Made by a program: the position numbers and the translations under genes. Below, one piece after another: positions 47,799 to 55,441 of a stretch of 64,000 nt of DNA (positions are counted from its first letter, which is position 1; every line of letters starts with the position of its first letter). The notes beneath the pieces are model-generated. The model worked only from the letters and a program-made list of their open reading frames with translations, was not told where the DNA came from and made no database searches. The DNA is from Thermodesulfobacteriota bacterium (GTDB lineage: Bacteria > Desulfobacterota_D > UBA1144 > Nemesobacterales > Nemesobacteraceae). The stretch lies in assembly GCA_965209225.1 (NCBI GenBank), contig OZ242379.1:405986-469985 (forward strand), written 5' to 3'.

Positions 47799-48592
47799 AC
47801 ATCAGACTCCACATCGGCGTTTACAAGCACCCGCCAGTGATCGGCACGCCACGCATGATCCACAGCCGCGTAAGGAATGAGAGGAGTGAAGTCACGGACG
47901 CGGCCCCTCACATAGGACTTAAGCGGCCCCGCCTTGTCCTCTGCGCCGACAAGCTCCAGAAGATATCCAAGACGCTGAGCCCACGTAAGCGGAGCGGTAC
48001 GCGCGGCTTCGCACAGCAGCTCCGGATCAATTTCTTCGGCAAGTTCGCAGAGAACCGTCGCCACATTGTCCCAACCCGCTGCACGCCGGGCGTAACCCAC
48101 CAGATCAACCGCGGTCGCTTCAGGGGTTGAAAGAAGAAGCGTTCCGCATCGCGTATCACGAGTCTGGACGGGAACCTCAGCAATGCGCGCACGGGAGATA
48201 AAGAAAACCCTTACCGCGCCGCAGAAAACCGGTCTGTGGTTCCCCGCAACGGCTACCTGAAAAACCTGTGGGCGGTGATGAGCCGCCCCGTGATACTGTG
48301 CGGCGGACAGCAAGGCGACATAGTATTGGCACTTTTTGTACTTCATGAGCTGCGAGATGAACTGGTCCGGGGGCAGACAGCCGATACGCCTGTACTCGGG
48401 CGGCACGATGACATAGAAACCGCGTGCAGGACTTGCGATCAGACCTTTTTTCGCCAGCCTCGCAAGAGCGAGACTGGTAGCGGCTTCCGATACGCCAAGC
48501 GCGGAACGCATTTCCTCGGTAGTAAAATGGTACCGGCCCACTGAAGCGAACTCATCTATTACATTGTTTGCCCTCGGACGCCTGTTATTCAT
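47795..48592 (-). CDS. abiEi: Type IV toxin-antitoxin system AbiEi-family antitoxin/transcriptional regulator
   Basis: 265 aa with an N-terminal wHTH (FTTEEMRSALGVSEAATSLALARLAKKGLIASPARGFY) and an AbiEi C-domain. It overlaps the toxin start by 4 nt. Confidence 0.85.
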   Translation of the reverse strand: MNNRRPRANNVIDEFASVGRYHFTTEEMRSALGVSEAATSLALARLAKKGLIASPARGFYVIVPPEYRRIGCLPPDQFISQLMKYKKCQYYVALLSAAQYHGAAHHRPQVFQVAVAGNHRPVFCGAVRVFFISRARIAEVPVQTRDTRCGTLLLSTPEATAVDLVGYARRAAGWDNVATVLCELAEEIDPELLCEAARTAPLTWAQRLGYLLELVGAEDKAGPLKSYVRGRVRDFTPLIPYAAVDHAWRADHWRVLVNADVESDV

Positions 48593-48772
48593 GTAAGTCT
48601 CCGTATTGATATGCGTAAAACATCACTATTCAATATATTATGATTATAATCTCGGAAGTCAAGGCTGGTCTCCGCTACCTTGGGAATGCCTGTTATTCAT
48701 GTAAGTCTCCGTATTGATACGCGTAAAACATCACTATTCAATACTTTATGATTATTATTTCGGAAACCAGGG
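48581..48772. repeat. Tandem duplication (2 units, 108-bp period) of the abiEi start and promoter region
   Basis: Unit 1 at 48581..48664 and unit 2 at 48689..48772 are about 90% identical (CCTGTTATTCATGTAAGTCTCCGTATTGATA(T/C)GCGTAAAACATCACTATTCAATA...). Each unit contains TATTGA-N20-TCAATA. Confidence 0.9.
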
Positions 48773-48813
48773 ACACTCTCCACCTCAAGCGTGAAAAGCT
48801 CTGAGCGCGGGAA

Positions 48814-49284
48814 TCATTCAAACAGATGCGGAGATTGGATTTTCACCTTCTCAAGGATTTCGCCTGAGACATTGAGATTCCCAAGGTCCTTGAGATGAAA
48901 CAGCTGGGTAGCCCGCAATTTCTTCGCGCCTCTAAGATTGGCATCCCTCATAATCGCCCCGTCGAAATTCGCAAGCTTAAGGTTAGCTCCGGCGAAATCG
49001 GCGCCCGTAAGGTCAGTGCCCAGCATGTGGGCCCCTTCAAGATTGGCCCCCCTGAATACCGCGCCGCGAAGGTCGCAACCCTCAAGGTTCACTCCGCGCA
49101 TGTTCGCCTCGGAAAAATCCGCGCCTGCCATGCTGCACCCCTTGCAGAAGGCAAGCTTGAGAGTAGAGTTCGCAAACACGGCGCCGTCAAGGTTAATCCC
49201 GTTAAGATTCGCCCAGCCAAGATCCGGGATAGCATCGGGCTCCTCCTCTCGCCACCGGTTCCACGTGGCCGCACCCTCTTTCAC
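48814..49284 (-). CDS. Pentapeptide repeat protein
   Basis: It has tandem A(D/N)LxG-type pentapeptides (ANLNGINLDGAVFANS..., GADFSEANMRGVNLEGCDLRGAVFRGANLEGAHMLGTDLTGADFAGANL). I chose the start at GTG 49284. The track ORF start at 49374 would overlap the upstream gene by 71 nt. Confidence 0.7.
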   Translation of the reverse strand: MKEGAATWNRWREEEPDAIPDLGWANLNGINLDGAVFANSTLKLAFCKGCSMAGADFSEANMRGVNLEGCDLRGAVFRGANLEGAHMLGTDLTGADFAGANLKLANFDGAIMRDANLRGAKKLRATQLFHLKDLGNLNVSGEILEKVKIQSPHLFE

Positions 49285-49303
49285 CTTCGAGACATGCCCC
49301 GAA

Positions 49304-49522
49304 TCAGCCACAGCATCCCACCGCAAGCGATAATCCGAAAACCTTAAACGCGGACAGAAGTATGTAAACCGCAATCGCTATAAGTACCAGGCTTCGAATA
49401 AGTCCCCTGATCCCACCTTTCACCCTGCGCCGCATACTCTCTCCGCAGGAAAGGCATACATCCGTTTTCGCCGTGGTCTCGTAACCGCACTCTTCACATC
49501 TTCTTACAGGCTGAAGCGACAT
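49304..49522 (-). CDS. Small zinc-ribbon protein with a C-terminal transmembrane helix
   Basis: 72 aa with CEECG...CLSCG followed by the hydrophobic LIRSLVLIAIAVYILLSAF. Confidence 0.5.
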   Translation of the reverse strand: MSLQPVRRCEECGYETTAKTDVCLSCGESMRRRVKGGIRGLIRSLVLIAIAVYILLSAFKVFGLSLAVGCCG

Positions 49523-49543
49523 AAGACTACCCCTTTTTCTTTC

Positions 49544-51037
49544 TTAGCTAACCCTTTTCAAAGCGGAACGAACAAAGACCGGGTGCACTTTGCCAATTTC
49601 CCGGGCAAGCTGCCCAATGACGTTCTTTATGTCCCATTGCGCCCCCTCCGACATCCGCAGGTTCGTCAGGTGGTATAGTTCCCAGAGATCGAAGCGGCCG
49701 CAGACTTTCCTGTTGTGGGCGTTTGTGACAACGTAGCTCGCCACGTCGGGAAAACCGGCGTCAACGAGTTCCCCGTAGAACCGCTCGCTTCGCCTGACGG
49801 CTTCGAGCAGAAGATCCTCCGTTCCCGATTCCGTAACATGCGGTGGAACCGTCACGCCCTCCCCCACCGAAGGCTCCTTTATGGTCCAGCTGACCTTCCT
49901 GTGCCTAAGTAGCTGATGCCACGCCGCCTCGCTCAGGACGAACTCGGCGTCGTAGTTAATAGATTTGAATATGCCCGCCGGGTTGTCGTGCTTTCCGAGT
50001 TCTTCAACGGCCATTGAAAAAATCTTCTCAAGCTCCGGGGTGTTTTCGGAAAGGTGCCTTTCTATGTCTCCGACCGAAAGCCCCGAGAATTCAAAAAGAA
50101 GCCCTCTTGCGATCTCCCTTAAAGCCTCGGCCTGGGGATTTTCCTTTCCCCGCCCCGTGTAGTCAAAAAGGGTAACCGAGGATCCGTTACCGGGTGCGTT
50201 TTTCCCAGCGTCGCCGAGACTACGGGAGAACTCCTCGAGCGCCTCTCGCGTTCTGACCATGTAGGGTTTCTCATCTGCGTACTTAACAAGCGTCGGAACC
50301 GAGAACCTGACCTCGCTTTTTATTTCCTCGGCCCTGTTTCTTGCCTCAAGGTAGCGGCTTGAAAGAAGCGCGGAGAGGGTCTGCTCCATGGCCCTTGCGT
50401 TCGCCGTCATGCCGAGATTCGTAAGCGTTGAAAGATTAAGGGCGTACCTCGCGTCCTCAAAGGCTATTTTCTCAAGCGCCCTCAGGTGGGCTTTTTCTTC
50501 CTTGTCTTCGGGAACGGGAAACTTCTTTTTCAGAAAATCAAAGAGTTCGATGTTGAGCCTCGAGTAGGTCTCGTACTGAAAATCGCAAAGCTCCTTGAAC
50601 TCCTTTTTAAGGGCCGGGCGCGGGTCAAGCTCCTGGGGAATATAGTTATCGCCTTTGCGCGGTCTCTGGTATCTCTGCGAGTATTCGGTAAAAGAGAGGA
50701 ACTCGTTTGCGCATTCAAGCAGGGAAGAAAAAAGCCTTGAGACCCTCTCAACTCCTATGTGCACGGTCGCGTGCTCGGCAACAGAAGCGTGACCGTAGTT
50801 AAGAACCCATTTTTCGTGGAACTTTTCCGCCCTGTCCCTCCCCATCTCCTGCTCCCTTATCACGGTGTCTATGTTTTCCCTGAAACTTTTGGGGCTTCTG
50901 CTTACGTAGGCAAAGATTACGGCAACGACTTCCTCGGGAATGTTGCTTATGGTATAGATGTCCCTGTCGAGATTCGAAACGTAACGCTCCATCTCGCGGG
51001 CAACTTCTTTATCATCCATTCTTATCTCGGCGGACAA
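49544..51037 (-). CDS. thyX: FAD-dependent thymidylate synthase ThyX, long (about 2x) form
   Basis: 497 aa. The N-terminal half has YGHASVAEHATVH and LSFTEYSQRY. The C-terminal half has WHQLLRHRKVSW. Confidence 0.75.
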   Translation of the reverse strand: MSAEIRMDDKEVAREMERYVSNLDRDIYTISNIPEEVVAVIFAYVSRSPKSFRENIDTVIREQEMGRDRAEKFHEKWVLNYGHASVAEHATVHIGVERVSRLFSSLLECANEFLSFTEYSQRYQRPRKGDNYIPQELDPRPALKKEFKELCDFQYETYSRLNIELFDFLKKKFPVPEDKEEKAHLRALEKIAFEDARYALNLSTLTNLGMTANARAMEQTLSALLSSRYLEARNRAEEIKSEVRFSVPTLVKYADEKPYMVRTREALEEFSRSLGDAGKNAPGNGSSVTLFDYTGRGKENPQAEALREIARGLLFEFSGLSVGDIERHLSENTPELEKIFSMAVEELGKHDNPAGIFKSINYDAEFVLSEAAWHQLLRHRKVSWTIKEPSVGEGVTVPPHVTESGTEDLLLEAVRRSERFYGELVDAGFPDVASYVVTNAHNRKVCGRFDLWELYHLTNLRMSEGAQWDIKNVIGQLAREIGKVHPVFVRSALKRVS

Positions 51038-51074
51038 GCCTGCTCTCCCGTTCCCATCCCATGGCTCCCGCGGT

Positions 51075-51839
51075 TCAGGAGACCGTATGGGTTTCCTTGA
51101 GTTTATCGACTATGTAAGGCATGACCTGGCTCGGGCTTCCGTATATGACAGCGCTTACGTAATCGTCGGCCGGAGTGTTCCTCTCTCCGATAATAACCAC
51201 TTTATTCCCCTTGTTCATTACCTGAAAGGGAAAAGAAGCCACGGGCTCGATATCCAGATTCGCCCCGACGATTATGAAAAGATCGCAGTGCTGAAGCCTC
51301 ATCCAGGACTCCCTTATTTCCCAGTGAGGAAGCGGCTGTCCCGGGAAGGACAGCGGAGGCTTCATCTGGTCGCTCTGGCATTCCTTGCATTTCGGAATGC
51401 CGGTCTTGCTGTCCTCAAGGGAAAGCAGTATTCCATCAGTGCGGTAATCGTTTCCGCATTCATGGCAGTGGGTCCAGTTTATCGTCGAGTATATCTCTAT
51501 TATTTTTTCGCTGCCGGTTTTGTTGTGCAGGCCGTCGGCCGCCTGGGTAAGAACGCAGTCGACATTGCAGAGAAACTCTATCTCGTAAATGGCTTCGTGG
51601 GCGGGAGAAGGCCTGGCTTCCGAGATCCTGGGATAAAAATCCTTTATCTTTTCCCAGTACTCTCTCCTTACCTCCTGGCGATTCTTGAATTTCCCTATGT
51701 CGGGATTGAAGCTCAGATCCGAAACATCAGGCAGTCCGACTTCAAGAGAGAGTTCAACTCCCGTTAGAAAAACTATCTGAGAGGCTTCCCGGATCCACTT
51801 GACCGTTGCCGAGAGCGCATCCTGTTCCTGCTCGCTCAT
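51075..51839 (-). CDS. Sir2-family (sirtuin-like) protein with degenerate catalytic motifs
   Basis: 254 aa collinear with CobB: FLTGVELS (in place of GAGIS), TQAADGLHNKTG (in place of TQNIDxLHxxAG), IEIYS (in place of the HG catalytic His), an intact Zn ribbon CHECG...CKEC, and VGANLDIEPV (in place of GTSLxVxPA). Confidence 0.65.
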   Translation of the reverse strand: MSEQEQDALSATVKWIREASQIVFLTGVELSLEVGLPDVSDLSFNPDIGKFKNRQEVRREYWEKIKDFYPRISEARPSPAHEAIYEIEFLCNVDCVLTQAADGLHNKTGSEKIIEIYSTINWTHCHECGNDYRTDGILLSLEDSKTGIPKCKECQSDQMKPPLSFPGQPLPHWEIRESWMRLQHCDLFIIVGANLDIEPVASFPFQVMNKGNKVVIIGERNTPADDYVSAVIYGSPSQVMPYIVDKLKETHTVS

Positions 51840-51984
51840 TTCAGGTTTTGATTATAACCGCTCGCGTTAACTGTCCGCAAATTGATCGTAGCCCGCTCGA
51901 TACCGGGCGAATTCAGGATGCTAAAAACTCCTTCCATCCCGTCAAAATCCGTCGGAAAAACCCGCCATAACACAATTAAATCGA

Positions 51985-52341
51985 TTGCGCTTCTGCGGGC
52001 GGGTAAAATATCGTGTCGTGGGCACAAAACCTAAGGAAATAAACGAATTTACCGAAAAAGCCCTTCAGATCGTCTGGGACAACGGTGAAGAAAGCATATT
52101 CTTTTATGACGAGCTAAGGGAAATCTGTCCCTGCGCCACCTGCAGGAGTCTCAGGAAGAAAAGCAGGACCGGGAAACTTCCGTTTAAAAAACGGATACCC
52201 CTCGGAAAAAGCGACATGGCACCGGAGAGAATAGAGTACGTCGGGAATTACGCCATAAGGTTCATAGGCGAGAACTGGTGCGAAACCGGGTTCTACACAT
52301 TCGATTTTCTAAGGAAAAGCAGTGTTCCGGGTGAAAAATAG
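51985..52341 (+). CDS. DUF971 (gamma-butyrobetaine hydroxylase-like N-terminal) domain protein
   Basis: It has ALQIVWDNGEESIFFYDELREICPCATC ... YAIRFIGENWCETGFYTFDFL. The true start is possibly downstream, at GTG 52018. Confidence 0.65.
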   Translation: MRFCGRVKYRVVGTKPKEINEFTEKALQIVWDNGEESIFFYDELREICPCATCRSLRKKSRTGKLPFKKRIPLGKSDMAPERIEYVGNYAIRFIGENWCETGFYTFDFLRKSSVPGEK

Positions 52342-52625
52342 AACTTGACCGATTTATCCAGCAGGCGGCAGGGCAGGTGCTGGGGAAGCGGTGGGACAGC
52401 AGTTTCTCTGAGAGCAGCTACGGGTTTCGGCCCAGACGCTCAGCCCATCAGGCGGTAAGATGCGCGCAGAAGCATATACGCGCGGGCTATCGTATAGTGG
52501 TTGATCTTGATCTTGAGAAGTTCTTCGACAAGATGAACCACGACATACTGACGGGGCTTGTATCCAGAACAGTAGAGGACAAACGGATACTCAAACTTCT
52601 GCGGGGATACCGCCAAAGAAAATAG
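52335..52625 (+). pseudogene. Relic of a group II intron reverse transcriptase (RT blocks about 1-3 only)
   Basis: The open frame reads ..ELDRFIQQAAGQVLGKRWDSSFSESSYGFRPRRSAHQAV..GYRIVVDLDLEKFFDKMNHDIL..RTVEDKRILKLLRGY. The N-terminus is absent, and so is everything from the GTPQGG block onward, including the YADD motif. Confidence 0.8.
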
Positions 52626-52666
52626 AAGAATTCTGTCAGCTTCTCTACATAATCCCCTTTGCATTT

Positions 52667-52822
52667 GATCGGCATCAACTTGTTGGTTTTTCCGTTAAAA
52701 ACTATATAATGATACCGAACGGGTACATTTTGTGGGAAGGAGTACCAAAAATATTTTTTGTGTTCGATCGGTATCAATCTGTTGATTTCTGTATTGAAAC
52801 CGACTATAATGATACCGAACGG
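52667..52822 (+). promoter_or_regulatory. Two tandem promoter/operator-like units (99-bp period) upstream of the second HTH-HipA module
   Basis: Units lie at 52667..52722 and 52766..52822. The proximal unit has -35 TTGATT (52782..52787), a 17-nt spacer and -10 TATAAT (52805..52810). An 8-bp inverted repeat CGGTATCA (52769..52776) / TGATACCG (52810..52817) brackets that promoter. The distal unit has TATAAT at 52705..52710 and CGGCATCA / TGATACCG. Confidence 0.55.
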
Positions 52823-52831
52823 TAACTAAAA

Positions 52832-53053
52832 ATGAACACTTGGATAAGGAACACTGAAGATTTGGGCAAAATTGTACGAAATGCGCGGAAGCTTCAAAAG
52901 CTGAGCCAGGATGACTTGGCAGGAATGGCCGGCACGGGGCGGAGGTTCATCGTTGACCTTGAAAAAGGCAAGCAGACCGTACAACTCGGCAAGGTTCTGC
53001 GGGTACTTCGTACGCTCGGAGTATCCGTTTCCTCCACGAGAAAATGGTACTGA
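52832..53053 (+). CDS. HTH transcriptional regulator (HipB-like antitoxin)
   Basis: 73 aa with the HTH block LSQDDLAGMAGTGRRFIVDLEKGK. Confidence 0.8.
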   Translation: MNTWIRNTEDLGKIVRNARKLQKLSQDDLAGMAGTGRRFIVDLEKGKQTVQLGKVLRVLRTLGVSVSSTRKWY

Positions 53054-54360
53054 CCGATATGAAGTACCATTCAAAAAAAGAGATTCTGGACGTATATCTG
53101 CACAGCCAGCTTGTCGGTAAACTTTACTCCGATAACGCAACGCTCAGCTTCAACTATGACCTGAAGTATCTGGACAATCAGAACGCATCGAAGCTGTCGG
53201 TGTCGTTGCCTCTTGACGATACCGTCTTTGATCATCAAGCAACGTCCGCTTTTTTCTCCGGACTTCTTCCAGAGGGAGGTGTCCGCACGCAGCTAGCAAA
53301 ATACCTGGGCATATCGGAAAGAAATACTTTCGCTCTGCTAAAAAAGGTCGGCGGGGAATGTGCCGGTGCCGTTTCCGTTTATCCGCAAGGTTCTTCGCCC
53401 AAGGCGGACGATGAACCAACTTACCTGGTGCTTGAAAACAACGAAGCGGATGACGTCCTGACCTCGCTTGACACAAGACCCCTTCTCGCAGGAGAGGAAG
53501 ATGTCAGGATATCCGGTGCCGGCGCGCAGGACAAACTGATGATTGCCTTTGTTGACGGCAAGATAGCCGTTCCAACCGGCAATACGCCTTCAACGCACAT
53601 TATCAAGCCTCCGATCAAGAATCTTGAAGAAACCGTACACAATGAATTCTTCTGTATGAAGCTCGCGGATGCCGTTGGTCTCAGAGTTCCAAAAGTAGAA
53701 ATCCTCTGGTTAGAAGAAAAACCCTATTACTTGGTGGAGCGCTACGACCGGAAACGGGATGAAAGCGGAACCATCAAACGTCTGCACCAAGAAGACTTTT
53801 GCCAGGCCATGCGCATTTCGCCCGAGACCAAGTACGAGAATGAAGGAGGCCCCTCTCTGGAACAATGTTTTGCTCTATTAGATGAACGAATCGGTTCAGG
53901 TTCCATGTCCGGCAGCAACATGCTGTCTCTTTTTCACGGCGTTGTTTTTAACTTTTTAATCGGCAACGGCGACGCTCACGGTAAAAACTTCTCCATTCTT
54001 TACGAAGAGGGTGCGGCGGAATCTCTTTCCCCGTTTTATGACCTGATCTGCACGGTCATTTATTCAAACGCTTACAAAGCCAGAATGGCAATGAAACTGG
54101 GAGGAAAATACAGGTTCAAAGACGTTACCGCACGGCATTGGGAAAAACTGGGCGATGCGCTCGGGTTTCGAACGGACTTCGTAAGACGTCAGATTTTAAT
54201 CATGAACGACAGGATTGTAGAAGCGGCTACGCGGTTGTCCGGTGAATTCAACGAAAAACCTGAAACAGCATCTTCCATCTATGAGAAGATTATAGCTGTT
54301 ATAAACTCGAACCAAGCACCTATGAAAAACCTAAAGCAGCTTCAACATGCTGACCAGTAG
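53044..54360 (+). CDS. hipA: Type II toxin-antitoxin system HipA-family kinase toxin (second copy, divergent from the first)
   Basis: 438 aa with an N-terminal coupling domain (LDVYLHSQLVGKL), ISGAGAQDKL and catalytic GNGDAHGKNFS. Alternative start at 53059. Confidence 0.88.
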   Translation: MVLTDMKYHSKKEILDVYLHSQLVGKLYSDNATLSFNYDLKYLDNQNASKLSVSLPLDDTVFDHQATSAFFSGLLPEGGVRTQLAKYLGISERNTFALLKKVGGECAGAVSVYPQGSSPKADDEPTYLVLENNEADDVLTSLDTRPLLAGEEDVRISGAGAQDKLMIAFVDGKIAVPTGNTPSTHIIKPPIKNLEETVHNEFFCMKLADAVGLRVPKVEILWLEEKPYYLVERYDRKRDESGTIKRLHQEDFCQAMRISPETKYENEGGPSLEQCFALLDERIGSGSMSGSNMLSLFHGVVFNFLIGNGDAHGKNFSILYEEGAAESLSPFYDLICTVIYSNAYKARMAMKLGGKYRFKDVTARHWEKLGDALGFRTDFVRRQILIMNDRIVEAATRLSGEFNEKPETASSIYEKIIAVINSNQAPMKNLKQLQHADQ

Positions 54361-54446
54361 ATCTTTTAATTACAGCAACATTAACACACGGTCGAATTTC
54401 TTGGTGGAAAACAACTTCCAGGCCAATAACGTCCCCCGGCGGAAAA

Positions 54447-55346
54447 TCACGCCCGTCGCGCGCTTATGGAAAGCCACTTTCTGGTAACAAAGTGGTTGCC
54501 GTCCTCGTCCACTTCCCCGTGGAGAAGAATTGCCGGTTCAACCGCATTTTTCATAGCATCGGAAACGGCCTCATCCGGATAGCCGTGAAGGGCGCCGGCG
54601 GCATACTGCTGGAAAGAGCTTATGTATTCCCACGCTTCTTTCGTGAGGTCAGCAGTGAATTCCCGGGCGTCGATAAGGTCAAATCCTACCTTGCCCACGA
54701 GTTCTTCGTAGTAGGAGCGCGGGTGAAACTTTGCAGCTTCGGTTTTCCCCCCAACCTTCACTCTCCTCACTCCCTGCTTTCTCAGGAACTGGACGGCGTT
54801 TCTCACCTGGGTTCTGTAGAAAGGTATGGTCTCCTCGGGTCTTGCCCCCTCGTAAAAAGAGGTGTTGAAGAAAAACCAGCCCCCGGGCTTAAGCGTTTTT
54901 TTGATCACCTCGAGGCTCTTCAGTTGTTCCTCTTCGCCAAGGTAATGTATGCCGTTGCCCCATACCGCCACGTCAAGACTTTTCGGAGGCAGATCAAGCT
55001 CCTGTATGGATGAATTGATAAGGGTCAGCTTGTCAATCTCTTTTTCAAGTCTGCTTTTGGTAAGCTTAAGGGCGCCTGCCGACTGGTCAAGGCAGAACAC
55101 GGCAGACTCTTTCAGATTCGCGGGAAGCATTTCGAAAAAAAGCTGCGCCATGGTGCCCGCGCCCGTAGCGATGTCGAGGAACCTGTCGAGACTCTCGACC
55201 CCTCTGTCAACCATTATCTGGATCCAGCTCCTGGTCATATCGCCGTTTACCTTTCTGTATTCCTCGGTATCGGCAAAAGGCTCATAATTGTAATCTTCGA
55301 TATGCTTTTCCATCGTCTCTCTCCTCGGCTCTTGACCCGCCCGCAT
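54447..55346 (-). CDS. Class I SAM-dependent methyltransferase
   Basis: 299 aa with motif I (FLDIATGAGTMA) and a post-I acidic residue. The substrate is not inferable. Confidence 0.75.
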   Translation of the reverse strand: MRAGQEPRRETMEKHIEDYNYEPFADTEEYRKVNGDMTRSWIQIMVDRGVESLDRFLDIATGAGTMAQLFFEMLPANLKESAVFCLDQSAGALKLTKSRLEKEIDKLTLINSSIQELDLPPKSLDVAVWGNGIHYLGEEEQLKSLEVIKKTLKPGGWFFFNTSFYEGARPEETIPFYRTQVRNAVQFLRKQGVRRVKVGGKTEAAKFHPRSYYEELVGKVGFDLIDAREFTADLTKEAWEYISSFQQYAAGALHGYPDEAVSDAMKNAVEPAILLHGEVDEDGNHFVTRKWLSISARRA

Positions 55347-55441
55347 AACCCACCATTTATACCCTGAATTCTAACATAATAGCAACAAAAGAGTTAAAAA
55401 TTTAAAACTGAACCAAGAAAATTCTAAAACGACGGAAGATG

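Noticed and set aside
48814-49374. Pentapeptide repeat protein as a Qnr/MfpA-type resistance determinant
   Set aside because: Its repeat region is short and it shows no Qnr-specific loops that I could recognise. Generic pentapeptide proteins are common, so no resistance call is made.
51075-51839. Sir2-domain protein as a defence effector (Thoeris ThsA / DSR / SIR2-HerA type)
   Set aside because: It is short and CobB-collinear with a canonical Zn ribbon. It has no SLOG, HerA or other partner gene, its neighbours are housekeeping genes, and its NAD-site residues are degenerate. I report it only as a possible pseudo-sirtuin.
48581-52822. CRISPR array candidates (tandem repeats at 48581..48772 and 52667..52822)
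   Set aside because: Each has only two units with a period of about 100 bp, no short-repeat/spacer architecture and no cas genes in the window. They are better explained as promoter-region duplications.
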